A stretch of DNA of 63,787 nucleotides, filler included, from Octopus bimaculoides (taxonomy: Eukaryota), in the NCBI RefSeq assembly GCF_001194135.2. It is 9 parts of 9 records of this genome, joined end to end, with 100 filler letters (N's around TTAATTAATTAA, not from the genome) between each part and the next. Parts side by side here need not be neighbours in the genome. Positions count along the whole stretch, not along the records: positions 22,267 to 27,123 come from NC_068983.1; positions 27,224 to 39,365 come from NC_068988.1; 7 more parts are not named here. One strand, given 5' to 3'. Position 1 is the stretch's first letter. Every line of letters begins with the position of its first letter. Positions 25,577 through 38,335 of the stretch are shown in pieces. The position numbers and the translations under genes were made by a program. Under the pieces are notes generated by a model that saw nothing but the letters and a program-made list of their open reading frames with translations, ran no database searches and had not been told where the DNA came from.

Positions 25577-27088
25577 GAGAGAGAGGGAGAGAGTAACAAA
25601 AGAAGAAAGGGAGAGAGGAAAAGAGGGAGAGAGCGTATGATGAAAGTATTTTCGATCAATCATTTTCCTGATATCTCTATGTAGTTGTATGAACACGTAA
25701 CTGGGTATAGAGTGAAAAACATATATAATTCCTACCCCCTATTTTATGTTTGTGTATGCGTGTATATATGTGAGTGAGAGAGAGAGAGTGAGATAGAGCG
25801 AGAGAGAGAGAGAGAGCGAGAGAGAGGGAAAGTGTGTATGTGTGTGTATACATGTGTGAGTATATATATGTATGCGTGTGTGTGCATATATATCCATGTT
25901 TGCATGAGTGTGTCTGTGTGTGCATGTGTCTCTATGTATGCAACTATAAAAGAATTTGAGCAACAGGTGCGCAGTTTTCATATAAGCTATTTATCTTTAC
26001 CTGGAATAGCTTTCTTCAGAGCTCTGCAGAATGCTTTTATTCCACAGCGAGTAGATTTTAGTTCCCTCGAGAATTATCACGTTTGAATATCAGTAATTCT
26101 CTTGGGAGACGCTTGAATGTCACAGCTTCGAGTTTGAGCATTCCCACAATATAATGCATTTGTAAAAGAATGTAGGTTGCTCTTGGTATATTGTATTACA
26201 CAGAAATATATTAAAAATATTTCATATAATAGAATTTGACTCGAGTTTTATTAGTAGATTTTATATCATTATCTATATATCTTATATTCTCCCGCTTTCC
26301 TCCTCTCCCGACATCCATATCTATATCAATGTATGTATGTATGTATGTATGTATGTATGTATGTATGTATGTATGTATGTATGTATCTATCTATCTATCT
26401 ATCTATATCTATTCATCTGTCTACATTTTTCTATCAAAATCTATGTATGCATATCTATTTATCTACTTATCTATATGAGCACACATACTCACGTATGTGT
26501 GTGTATGCATGTGTATGTTTGTGCAGGACCAATAAAGGGTGGATGGTAGTTTCAAATCGTAATACAACCAGAACATGATAGGATTTCAGGTAAGTTAAAC
26601 CACTGTGAGCATAAGACTGCCACCTGGATTGGACGCAGTTATTAAGAAGGTTAACTCCCATCTCCTATTGGTAATTATTTCCAGTGAAGTAACATAGACT
26701 GAAATAGTTTGCGTAATGACTCAGCACGGCATTCGATCAGGTAATCGAAGACTTGATCTTATGATCATGTGCTCGATTATCTGAGTTTAATAACTTAATC
26801 TCTAGACCATGTTGATCACTTAAAATACACGCGCACACATGGCTCAGATCGTAATAGCTTTCAGGGGACAGCTAATTGGAAGAAAGATAAACCCATGTGC
26901 TGTTCGTTGGACTTTCAGCCTATGCTTATATATACATAAATGCATGCATGCGTATATTTGTGTATACATCTATACATATAGAAACACATACATGCATGCA
27001 AACATACATACTTTCATATATATATACATATATATATATAAATATATATGCATATACATATACATATATATATATATATATGTATATA

Positions 27089-27123
<35 letters not shown>

Positions 27124-27238
27124 NNNNNNNNNNNNNNNNNNNNNNNNNNNNNNNNNNNNNNNNNNNNTTAATTAATTAANNNNNNNNNNNNNNNNNNNNN
27201 NNNNNNNNNNNNNNNNNNNNNNNTTTTTTTCCTCACAG

Positions 27239-27452
27239 GGGTCCAGATTTTGTTCTGCTTTGCATTCTGCCAGTAGACCGGAACCAGTCTGTTATGGTCA
27301 GCATTCAGCAGACTTTAGTTGAAGCGTTTTGTCGTGATAACGACATAAATCTTGTAAAAGTTGACAGCACTGACAAATTGGCAGCACTTGTCAGATACGA
27401 TGATCCAAATGACAACGAAGATTATCGCGATTACTGCTGTGTACTGGTGCAG
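27239..27452 (+). CDS. GADD45: GADD45-family protein, internal exon (equivalent to vertebrate exon 3)
   Basis: CCTCACAG acceptor and GTGAGA donor. GPDFVLLCILPVDRNQSVMVSIQQTLVEAFCRDNDINLVKVDSTDKLAALV...CCVLVQ matches DPDNVVLCLL...TLIQAFCCENDINILRV...HCVLV. Confidence 0.92.
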
Positions 27453-27725
27453 GTGAGAATTGTTTTTTTTAAATTTTTTTGTTGGTTTTTTTTTTTTTTT
27501 AATTGGTCTTGCCAGTAGCAGTAAATTTTAAAAAATAGAATAAAATAACCACGCTATCCTTGTTTAAATAGTCAACAGCATTGTTTTAAAGTTCCAATTT
27601 ATCTTTTATTGGTAACGGGTATAAAATTCGGAAGGCATCTAATATTGCTGGGGCTAAATTTTAAACTTTAGAAATTATTATTCTTCCAATTTCTTATATA
27701 CAATTTTGCCATTTTCTTATGACAG

Positions 27726-27845
27726 GCTCCAACTTCTTGTACCGAAAAATGTGAATTCCGCAAGTTGAACCAGTCAATTGTTGATTACTACAACTCTGTA
27801 TTTGTGGACTGGGACTCCGAGCCTATTATTGAACTGCCTGGCTGA
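27726..27845 (+). CDS. GADD45: GADD45-family protein, terminal coding exon
   Basis: TTATGACAG acceptor, phase 0. APTSCTEKCEFRKLNQSIVDYYNSVFVDWDSEPIIELPG*, compare vertebrate ...PVINLPER. Confidence 0.85.
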   Translation, partial: APTSCTEKCEFRKLNQSIVDYYNSVFVDWDSEPIIELPG

Positions 27846-27881
27846 TTCTTATAACCAATTTACTCCAAATCTATATTGCCT

Positions 27882-28247
27882 GTAAGTATTTTTGAATTCT
27901 TTGAATAAAAAAAAAAAAAATTCCATTTGCTTGGTACTCTAGTATAATCGTGGTAAAATGATAATTATTCCTGTGTTGGACTTCCTTTGTTAATACATAA
28001 GCATGTTTGCTTGCAGAATAATTTAGTTTATTACTATAGAGAGTTGGATTGAATTTATATAAAATATGTCTTAAGAATCTAGAAGCTTCAAGAGTCATGG
28101 AATGATTCAAAATAGTCAAAACTATAAATAATAGCATGTAATTATTGGGTTTAAAAAAAAAAACTCCTTTGAATAGAATAAAAGCTGTTTTTGTTTTGTA
28201 TCTTAGAATTTTTGGTGATATTGTAATATATTCCTTTTCTTTTTCAG
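27882..28247 (+). other. Putative 3'UTR intron of GADD45
   Basis: GTAAGT donor 36 nt after the stop codon and TTCCTTTTCTTTTTCAG acceptor. AT-rich interior, more GC-rich sequence after it. Confidence 0.55.
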
Positions 28248-28942
28248 AAAGTGGCATTCCCGCAAGAGCATGAAGAACCTGTTCTTTCGATCTCTTGGCT
28301 TGTTCTACTCCACTCTGGTAGACCAGTACTGGCTATCTGGCACAAAACCAGATAATATGACAAGAAAAAAAGTGAGATCCCTACCATGGCTCAGCTCTGC
28401 TTCAAAGCAAGTGACAATGCCAGTGTTCCCTCTTCTGTTTACGCTGGAGACTGTACTGGAAGATAAAACGGATACTTTTCTTCACTGGAAGAATACTGTT
28501 AGACTGTGACCAGGAATAGACTGTACAATATTTTACTGCTATGGAACTACTCTGTGCCTTTTGAGCATGTCCAAGATGAGCTTGGGAATAAATTTCTTAC
28601 ATTGAACTATAAAGGATTGAAGACTATCTCAGCATTTCTATAACTGACTATAGAGCATTTGATTTCTATATCTCCTTTAAAGCAATGATATTTTGTATTC
28701 ATGTTTTTAACAAGTTTACATCAACTGGAGTAATTTGGTTCTGAATAAATTTCTTTTGAAAATATTTTATCTTTTTTTTGTTTAAACATGTTGAGTCAAT
28801 ATGTATTGATGTAACACAATGGTCTTGAGATTATGATGTACTATTAACCACATGGTCTAGAGGTGTGTGTGAAACCTTGTGCTTTACTGAAATGTGAATT
28901 ATACTTGTCCCTTACAACTGAGAAGTCTCTAGTTGTCTAGCT

Positions 28943-29235
28943 CAGGGGTTTTCAAACTTTATAACTTGCAGACCCCTTTATATTTCAGGCTTTACCTTAG
29001 GTACCCCCTTATAAATGCTTATGAAATTTAATACATAAATATTTGCTTAAAATAACATTTTTACATTTATTTATTTAACAGTATTTAACAAATAGGTTTA
29101 TTGTCAATTATAAGATTTCAATTAAAAAACATTTATAAAATCAAATTGCCCATAAAAAGTATTTGCTGTCCACGGGTCCCTGTCTTGTCCTTGTGGACCC
29201 CCTGTGGTCTGCGGACCACAGTTTGAAAACCCCTG
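28943..29235. mobile_element. Non-autonomous hAT (Charlie-like) MITE, 293 bp
   Basis: Perfect 16-bp TIR CAGGGGTTTTCAAACT and perfect 8-bp TSD GTCTAGCT (28935-28942 and 29236-29243). Confidence 0.92.
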
Positions 29236-30573
29236 GTCTAGCTTACTAAAAAATAGGAATGAATGCCCCTCATACCTTTCTACATTAAAAATAATGAGTA
29301 TATGAAAAGACTGCATGGTCATTATTATAATGTTCATAGGTTGCTCCAGTCGAGTAATGAACAAGATTAATATCCAAGTCACTAAAATAGCATTTTCATA
29401 AAGTATGTGAAAGTGCAGATATTTTCACCTTATTTCTAAGTTTCAAGTCAAAAAAATTGGAATGTGTCCTCAGGAGATGACTTATTTTGTACAATAATTG
29501 GATCTTTTCAGTTTCACACACCAGATCTGATACTTTGGAAAAATTTCTGGATTCCTGCTGATTATGGAAGGTGATGTTTTTGGAGGGAGAAATTAAAATT
29601 ATAGGAAGTTCATTTGTATTTCAGCATACTAGAAATGGAAGCTACCATAAAAACTCATAACATATTGGCTTAAAATTTTAGCAAAAGGCCAGCAAGATTT
29701 GGGTGGGGGGTAGGTAATTCAATTACATCGAACCCTCCCCCGTTCTCAACAGGTACTTATTTTATTTAACCCCCACCACCAAAATGATGAATAACAAAGT
29801 TGACCTTGGCAGAATTTAAACTCAGAATATAAAGGACAATTTTGCCCAGTGTGCCACCTTAAAATTTCTATTGCATATTGAACAGCAAGCATTGACCTGA
29901 AACATTTAAACTAGTATAGCAAGACATAATGAGCAGTCCGGTTGAGAACTTGAAGTCTATGAAAACAGGATCAAGTGCTGTTTCCACAGGTCACTAGAAC
30001 CAAAGAATAGCTGCTGAAAACGGGGAAATGATTTCGATTATTGGAAGTGCCCAAAATATATATGTTTTGATATCTAAACCATCCTCAACGTCCTTTTTTC
30101 CCTGCTACTATAGATTGGCCGGCTTGATGAACTGGTAAGGCCACAAGATGCACCCAGTTCCATCGTCTGTTCTGGCTTGGTTTCTGTGGATGGATGCCCT
30201 TTCTAATGCCAACTACTCTAGTGTCCTGGGTGTTTTTAAAGTGATACCTTAGTTTTTTAGGATCTCAATTCCACTGTGGTGGATGAGTAACGTCAGTTTG
30301 AATGCATAACAATGTAAATGATTTAAGAGAAAAACTGAGGCATCAAATGTTGTGCCACATACCTCAGTCTTCCATCTTTGTAAGGTTCTCGTTCAATGGA
30401 TGTGTGTGTGTATATATATGTATGCACACAATAGGGTGTATTATAGTAATAAATTGTCACCACTGCTTGACAAGTTGGGAATTATGAAATAAGTCTTAAT
30501 ATTTGCTTTTGCATTACCCACTTTGGCTTAAGTGTTGCTTGTCATGGCTTCCCAATTGTGTTTCCAGCTACAA

Positions 30574-31150
30574 TTGAAAGAAAGGAAGCTAGCATGCACT
30601 GCTGGATGAGTAATGTCAGTGTGAATGCATAACAATGTAAATGATTTAAGAGGAAAACTAAGGCATCAGGTGTGCAAGAGAGAAGACTGCTGGTTTGGTC
30701 ATGCGATGAGGACAGCTGCATACAGAAGTGCTGAGCTCTAATTGTGGAGGGTACCTATGGAAGGGGTAGATCCAGGAAGACATGGAATGAAGTGGTAAGA
30801 AAGGATCTTCAGACGCTGGGCCTCGCTCAGGAAACAAGGGAGTGAGAGATGTGGCGATTTGTACTTAAGATATGTCAAGCTAGGTAAAATTGTCTTCCAC
30901 ACATGGGCTTGTCATTTCAGATGCCAGTGCTACATAAAAAGCATCCATGCAAGTGCTGTGTTAACACACCAGTGCTGGGGCTGTGTAAACGCACCCGTGA
31001 CAGTGACACATAAGTACTTAGCACATTCTGCAGTAGAAACCATTCCACAGCAGACAGTTGGAGTCCAGAAGGCTCCCTGCTAGCCAGCTCCATGTCAAAC
31101 CATCCAACCCATGCCATCATGGAGACCGGATGTTAACTGATGATGATGAT
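30574..31150 (+). mobile_element. RTE-clade LINE 3' end, degenerate
   Basis: IERKEASMHCWMSNVSV...NDLRGKL...GRGRSRKTWNEVVRKDLQTLGL, then a 3'UTR ending CCAACCCATGCC...(GAT)n. About 65 bp is duplicated at about 30284. Confidence 0.75.
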
Positions 31151-31492
31151 GTATCTAAAAGACAAGTACCTTCTATCTTGGCCTCAAGTTGACAAAATCT
31201 TGCGAAGGAAATGTGCTAAATGGTAACTGTTAGGTAGTACATCAAATGTATTTGTATGTCTTTAACAGATCACTTTTGCATTTTTGAACTAGTTCTCTTT
31301 TCTGAGTCTACACTGATACTATGCTAACAACTGCCGTAACCTATAAATCATTTCTAAGTTGATTGCTGGGAGGAAGAAACCAGCCTTCTGAGAATGGATG
31401 TCTTGGAGCTTATTACAGACAGTCGTTGCGCCACCAGATTTCTGCTTTCTAATTTGTCTCTAGTTAATCTAATTAACCACGACTTTATTATG

Positions 31493-32256
31493 TGGAAAAA
31501 TGTGAGCAAGAGAAATAATATTTTTAGGATTATAAACTTGGACAATTTATTACATCTGGTAAAGTACTGAACAAGAAAATTTTTACTTAAAATATTGCAG
31601 CTAAGGATAAAATTTCAAATAAAGTATTTAGATTTAGAAAATATTACCTTTTATTAAAACTAAAAATGTTATTACAAGTTATTACTTCTATTTGTTATTA
31701 CTTGTTATATGTTTTGTACTTTAAAAAATTCATTTTTTAATTATTAATCGATAATTAGAAATTTGAAAAATAATGGTAGTACATAATTAGTACAATAAAT
31801 AGAATAACACAAAAATTAGTTACGTATTACGGTAAAATCTATAACAAATTCACAGTTATCGCCTAAGTCATTGCCAAGTCTTCACATTTTTAGTCTTGAC
31901 CCAATACCTCTTTTTTTACATAATGAATTTGCCTACCAATATATACTGTTCTACTTTGCATAAAACTTTAGCTATATTGGTACTTCTGGCTTTCATTTTT
32001 CAAGTATTTTTATGTGTCAATATTTTAACAAAATGATGATACCTTTTTAATTATTTTAATTTGTAAATTAAAATCAAATAATTTTTGATATTCTAATTTA
32101 ATCCTTAACTGCAATCTTTTAAGTAAAAATTTTCTTGTTATGCACTTTACCAGATGTAATAACTTGTCCTGAAGTTTTCCAAGTGTAATAGCTAATCCTG
32201 TACTTTTCCATGTTTATAATCTTAAGAATATTATTTCTCTTGCTCACATTTTTCCA
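31493..32256. repeat. Inverted repeat pair (116 bp and 156 bp arms, ~490-bp spacer)
   Basis: TGGAAAAATGTGAGCAAGAGAAATAATAT...TTATTACATCTGGTAAAGT...AACAAGAAAATTTTTACTTAAAA at 31493-31608. Reverse complement at 32101-32256 with a ~40-bp extra segment. Confidence 0.8.
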
Positions 32257-34994
32257 TGTAATCCATGGTTTTTCCAGGCCATGCTATTATGCTAATTAAT
32301 AATGTGTCAATTAGTGGTGTCATTGATAATTTTTTCCTTACATCAATGATGCTGGTGACATTAAAAGTCCCCTAATATAACTATATCCATAAAAAAGTAT
32401 AGAACTATATTATCACCCTTACATTTGCGAAACAAACACTCATAACTTTTTTCTTTTAAAACTTCATTGCATGAGATTGATACCATGAAATTCCTCGAAT
32501 TGAGCTCTATCATTTAAGTTTAATTAAAATATAGTTTGTTTTTAAAATAAAGAAGTTCATTATATTTAAATCCAATTTTTGCTTTACTTATATTTTTCTC
32601 ATGATATTTTACCTCACAACTTTTTTGATACAAATTTTTGGTGCATTGGATCAAAACTATGAAGTTCTTCATGCTTTCTTCTATCAGCTAAGATAAATAT
32701 ATTTTGCTTTTAAAATAAGAAAAGTTATTTAAATCGAAACTTGATTGGAGGTGTTACTTATTCTCCAATAACGTTGTTACAAATTTTGAGGTAAACTTTT
32801 TTCTACTGAACCAAATTTCAGTTTTTTTTAATGCCAAAATGTAGCTAGGGACCAGTCCTCTTCAAAAATGTTTGGTTCAGTTTGGTTAAGAACTGAATTA
32901 GCGACAGGCTCTGAAAGATGCTGCGTGTGAGTAAATTGCAGCCTTAAGAATATTATTCAACTACTACTATAGTTGAATAATTGTTATTCTTTAACACAAG
33001 ACTTTCTGCATTATACGTTTTGTTCATTTTGTTAGCGGTAAAATGCTATAGATTAATTCAAATTCTATTTCCTAAATATTCACATCAGTACTGTAGTCCC
33101 TGTCCACCAGCTGTGTTGCCAGATATACAACTTCTTGTTGCCAAAGCGATGTTCTATAACTATGAACCAACAAAAGATCTACGTAATCGCTCGACTTGCG
33201 AGAAACAAATGAATTTCTTTCAAAGCAAACCAGACCACCATATAAATGAATACATTGATACCGAGTTCGATGTACATAAAAAGTGGTGATAGTCATAACT
33301 AGAATGCCTTTGACCACGGGTGTACTTTGAGTTAACCCAGGACGGGTCCCACCTGCGACATAGCAATGACAATCACATCTCTACACACGGTACATATTTA
33401 TAAGTAGATTCGTCAAGCCATTAATCTTTTTTAAAATTTTTCCTTAAATTATTATTTCTCAAGGACATAATGTAATGTCACTGGCTTGGTATGTAAATTC
33501 AATCGAAGAACAAGTAACGTTATTAATTCTGCCAGGTTCATTGTCTTAATGGCGATGTTATAATATTACTAATGTTTATTATATTGCTGGTAGATACAAT
33601 ATTAAAAACAGTTACGTCAGCTTCAATTTCACTCTGTAAACGCTAGTAAACAACGAAATGTTATCTGTTATTAGCAAAAGAAAACATGATGTATAACAAA
33701 TATCCTCGTTGCTTGTGGTTCACATACTTTACATATTTTCATTTATTTTATTTTATTTCATTTTCTAATATTCATTTATTGGACAGATTGTCAGGCTAGG
33801 CGTAGGAAGAGGTATTAGTGAGCTGATGATCTTTAGATGACAGTGAAACCTGGAAAATGTGTCAAACGACATTGTTTCCATTTTTTCTTTATTGTATGTT
33901 TTTTTTAATTTTTATTTTTTACTACAACCAAATAAAACAGACTCGGAACAAATGATCCTGTTGAGGCAGAATTGATATTGAAATATTTAATTCAAAACAG
34001 GCTAATTAAAATCTCTGCAAACCTGTTCAATAGTGCTTCTTTTTTTTTTTTTTTTTTTTTTTTTTGACAATAACCACAGAGCTTGTCAGAGGAAATCTAC
34101 CTAAATGAATTCAAACCCACTGAACATCCACCTCTTCCTCCTCCTCATCGTCGTCGTCGTCGTCGTCGTCATCATTTAATGTCCACTTTTCCATGCTGGC
34201 ACGAGTCAGACGGAATTTCTTCAGGCAGATTATCTACGGTTGGATGCCCTTCCTGTCACCAACTCTCACTTGTTTCCAAGCAAGGTAATATTTCCCCATA
34301 GCCAAACATGTTTTCACAGAAGACTGGAAACAAGCAGCCCCGCTTGTATGACAATAATACTCATCTACAACCATCACGTAATGTCAAGGATTTCTTTCAG
34401 TTTCTGTCTACCAAACCTCACAAAACTACAACTGGTTAGGTAATGTGTCGGCTATTGGCCTAAAAAATCTTCCCACAGAGAGGACAATCTGAAGAGCCCA
34501 ATGTTCTTTCAAATGTGTTAAATAACCGCTTAACACTATAAAAAATTAACTTCGACAATGCACCCCCACTGCACCAGATAATCGCGGTGGATCAGAGAAA
34601 AAACAATTATTTTTAAAGTGTTAATAAAACTGCAAATTTCGATTAGGAAGACAAATATGATAAGGTATATTTGATGATAAGAGTACGTGAAAGTTAAGTG
34701 GATCTTAGTCAGAGCAGAATAATGTGAAGCAGATAATAACACCAGATGTGTGATTATCGCCGTTCTCATGGTAAATGAACACGGTATTCACCTAGTGTTG
34801 GATACTTATCTTATTATACAGTCCCACCGAAGTCAAGAAACTAACTCTACTTGTAGAGTTGAGTTACGTGTATAAGAGACTCTGGTTTGAAGTTTAATTC
34901 CACAGGAAGGCCTGTAGTTCCATAGGAAGACCCAGAGGAAGAATACAAATTAGTACTGCTAACTGAAGACACACTTATTAAAGGACATTAAAAG

Positions 34995-35205
34995 CGACGA
35001 GCTGGCAGGATCGTTAGCATGCCGGGCGAAATGCTAAGCGGCATTTCGTCTGTCATCACGTTCTGAGTTCAAATTCCGCTGAGGTCCACTTTACCTTTCA
35101 TCCTCTCGAGGTCGATAAATTAAGTACCAGTAAAACACTGGAGTCGATCTAATCGACTGCCCCCACCCCACACAATTTCAGGCCTTGTACATTTAGTAGA
35201 AACGA
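34995..35205 (+). mobile_element. SINE family B
   Basis: GAGCTGGCAGGATCGTTAGC...GAGTTCAAATTCC...AATTTCAGGCCTTGT. Confidence 0.8.
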
Positions 35206-35564
35206 TTTATTAAGGGACATTGCCGCCTGTTTACAGTCGGGTAGACTGGTCATAAAATCTTGATCTTGTATACAACGCAGTGCTTATGAGAAGATACGAA
35301 CTAGCGACCTTTTGGACCAGAAAGGAAGACTGTTCATTCAATCAACTTCGATTGCCACGGTGCTGAACTCTGCTTTACTGCTTTCACCAATAATAATCAT
35401 GATAATTTCTAACATAGGCACAGATAATAACTAGAATTATTTTAATCGATCTCAGTATTCCACTGTTAATTCCCTTTACTGACCCAGAAAGGTTAAAAAG
35501 TAAAGTGGATTTCAGCGGGATCTGAGCTCAAAGCTAAATGCAATAATAATAATAAATGCCGTGA

Positions 35565-36075
35565 TGCAGTAACCAGGCAGTGGCTCTCATGGCTTCTGAT
35601 TGGAAGGTTTCTCATGTACATTGTTTTCTATTGGTATAAAAGATGGGCTACAGCAAATATTCTGTTCAATACCACAGATTTGCTTGTCAGTGGCTTGGCC
35701 TTAACCAGTTGAGCATGTCTCTTAGTGACTGACAATATGCACATCTCTGATCACGAGCAGAAGTAGCTGGGGAGCATCATAGCCACATATCGAGAGGAAT
35801 TCTATGAAGTTTAAATAATTCACCTCTGGAAATATGGGTGTTTTGTTCAACATCCTTAAACAATCCTTATTCAGGGACCACTTGAGCGGGATGGGCCACT
35901 CGACCTAAAGAAAATTTTAACTGGGCCACACATGCGAGGTCATGCGTTGTTTATCTTTATATGAGATCGCCATGTCGTGCACACATGGTTGTGATGCATG
36001 TGCCTGGTGTACCCTCTGGGCTTTATTTTAATCCAGTGTCACTTTGATGGCATGCACTGTTCTCTCACTCAGTAA
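35565..36075 (+). mobile_element. Probable interspersed repeat resembling a LINE 3'UTR
   Basis: GC-richer 500-bp block that starts after (AAT)n and ends CTCTCACTCAGTAATAAT. Family not identified. Confidence 0.4.
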
Positions 36076-37969
36076 TAATTTCTTTAATAAGCCACAGGGG
36101 CATAGATAAAGAGGACATCACAAGGATAGAAAACAATTTGTGTAAAGATTTACATAAGGGAGAAGGAGAAGAAATGGGAAAAACGTGATAATTCGAATGA
36201 TGCAGACCTCCTGATACAGGGGATACTCCAACTAGTGCCAATCAAGGAACCCAACAGATCTAGTTTTACCCTGACCATCAAAGGAACGAGCCCCCTTTCT
36301 TGCACTCCAATTAACAGATGCTTTCTTAGACTAGGGCCATTCGCTCTAACCACTTTTGCCACAGTGACCCATGTTTTCACAAATTCATTAGGATGTAGCA
36401 CTTCCCAACAACTTTATCAATATGTTGGCGCAGACATAGCTTTGTAGCTAAAAAGTTCGCTTTGCAACCATATGGTTTCGAATCTCATTGCGTGGTACCT
36501 CGGGAAAAAGTCTTCTACTATAGCTACGAGTCGACCAATGTTTGATGAGCAAATCTGGTTAACAGAAACTGTATAGAAGCCCGTCAAATATATATATATA
36601 CTAGCAAACGCACCCCACACGTCCAATGGAAGGTTTATATAGGTGAAGAGGGTTAACTTGGACGGTGTTAAGTTGCAGAGATGTTTGGTGATTGTATAGA
36701 GTCGTTACTTTTAGTTAGGGCATTAAAGATTCCTGAGACGTTAAAACTATTGACTATTTCTTCTAAATAAGGAAAATTGATTGATAGTGAATCTTAACAC
36801 AGTGAACTTTTTCAAAATTGTCATTAGGCCAATAAAATAAAGGAAAGCTGTTCAGCCCACAATATATACAACTTCCAGTGGAATCGGACATCGTAATTAA
36901 CCTTAAACTTTCTGCACTCAAACACTTTCACATTAAAGTTTGTTGTGGTCTAATATTTAAATCAACGTGAGACTGTATTTACAAATAGCAAGCTTTATTT
37001 ACATATATTAGTCATTTAAATGTGAAATCGTAGAAATGAATTGTTTAGAACGTCGGTTAATGAAAAGGATGGCGGAAGAAACAAGACAAAAAGATTACAA
37101 AAATAGCGATTCTCATCTTGAAACTGATAATTTTGAAAAATTTTTTAGATTACGAAACGCCCCGCTCTCTCATGTATCCAGCGCGATCGGATGAACAACA
37201 CTCAAGTTAAGCGCACAAATAACAGACAGACAGAATGGGATTTTGCAATAATTATCCTTTCTACTGGAAGTACAAAGCTTCAAATTTGGGGGAAGGGATT
37301 AAGTCGATTACATCGACCTCAGTGCGTAACTGGTACTTATTTAATCGACTCTGACAGGATGAAAGGCAAAATTGACCTCGGCGGAATTTGAATTCAGAAC
37401 ATAAAGACAGGCGAAATACCGTTAAGATATGTAGCAATGATTATAAGGATAGAAAATATGGAGACTGATACATCTTCAAAGTTGATTTCCTTTTGTTCTT
37501 TAATTTTACAATGTCATGCAGTATATTTTTATGGTTACGACGACTTACACATGTTTCCACTGCACTGAGTATGGGCAATTGAATGTGCAAATGGGAAATC
37601 GGAATAATTCTCTGTGCAGCTTCGTTCAGGGTGCAGCTTCATTCAATTAGTTGTGTATTATCCGTTGCCCGCACTTGTACCTCTAGATGCAATCCCATTG
37701 TTATTCATGACCGAAGGGGCTCATTACCCTTCTATCAGACCGGATAATGTATCCCTCTAAAATCATATTAATATATGTGTGTGTGTGTGTGTGTGTGAGT
37801 GTTTATGTACGAACGTACGTACGTATGCATGTATGTATGTATGTATGTATGTATGTATGTATGTATGTATGTATGTATGTGCTTGTCTCCTATCACTAGT
37901 GTTGGTTTGTTTAAGTCCCCGTAACTTAGTGATTCGGCAAAAGCGACTGATAAAACAAGTACCAGACTT

Positions 37970-38232
37970 GGATCTTGTTACATTTCTTCTAACTACTTGA
38001 AGTTTTAAAAATTTTTTCAGCAAATTATTTGCAAAAATTGTTGTTCTGGGGTAGTTTTGCATGCTAATGACAAAAGTCGCGTTCATTTTCCTTTTTTTCT
38101 TTTCTAGAAATTAATAATTAAGTAACAAACATCTAAATTTCTACGATTTTAGCCAATCGTATTTCCAGATTGTTCACATTGTGTCTGTGCAGACGAAACT
38201 TTTACGTAGATGAAAGAAATTTAACAAGATCC
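37970..38232. mobile_element. MITE with GG-terminal TIRs and 8-bp TSD, inserted into a SINE A copy
   Basis: TIR GGATCTTGTTA(C/A)ATTTCTT (18/19). TSD CCAGACTT / CCAAACTT (7/8). SINE A sequence resumes immediately after. Confidence 0.8.
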
Positions 38233-38335
38233 CCAAACTTAAAAAACAAAAAAAAACAAAAGTACCAGGATCGATTTGTTGCCCCAACATGGTCGTAATC
38301 CAATGACTAATAAATGCAAATATAACCGATAGCGC

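Noticed and set aside
26527-26589. AG...GTAAGT-bounded segment as a missing upstream GADD45 coding exon
   Set aside because: Stops in all three frames and no GADD45 similarity. It could at most be non-coding.
28270-28509. 79-aa ORF as an independent gene
   Set aside because: No recognisable domain. Better explained as a GADD45 3'UTR exon.
32952-32981. 12-bp perfect hairpin ATTATTCAACTA/TAGTTGAATAAT
   Set aside because: Short and AT-rich, plausible by chance in 64 kb, with no supporting context.
33820-33860. CTGATGA...GAAAC as a hammerhead
   Set aside because: No closing stem II pair, no NUH site with stem III, no stem I.
36150-36401. 83-aa minus-strand ORF
   Set aside because: Possibly an L1/Tx1-like 3' end, but no motif I could match confidently. 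Left uncalled.
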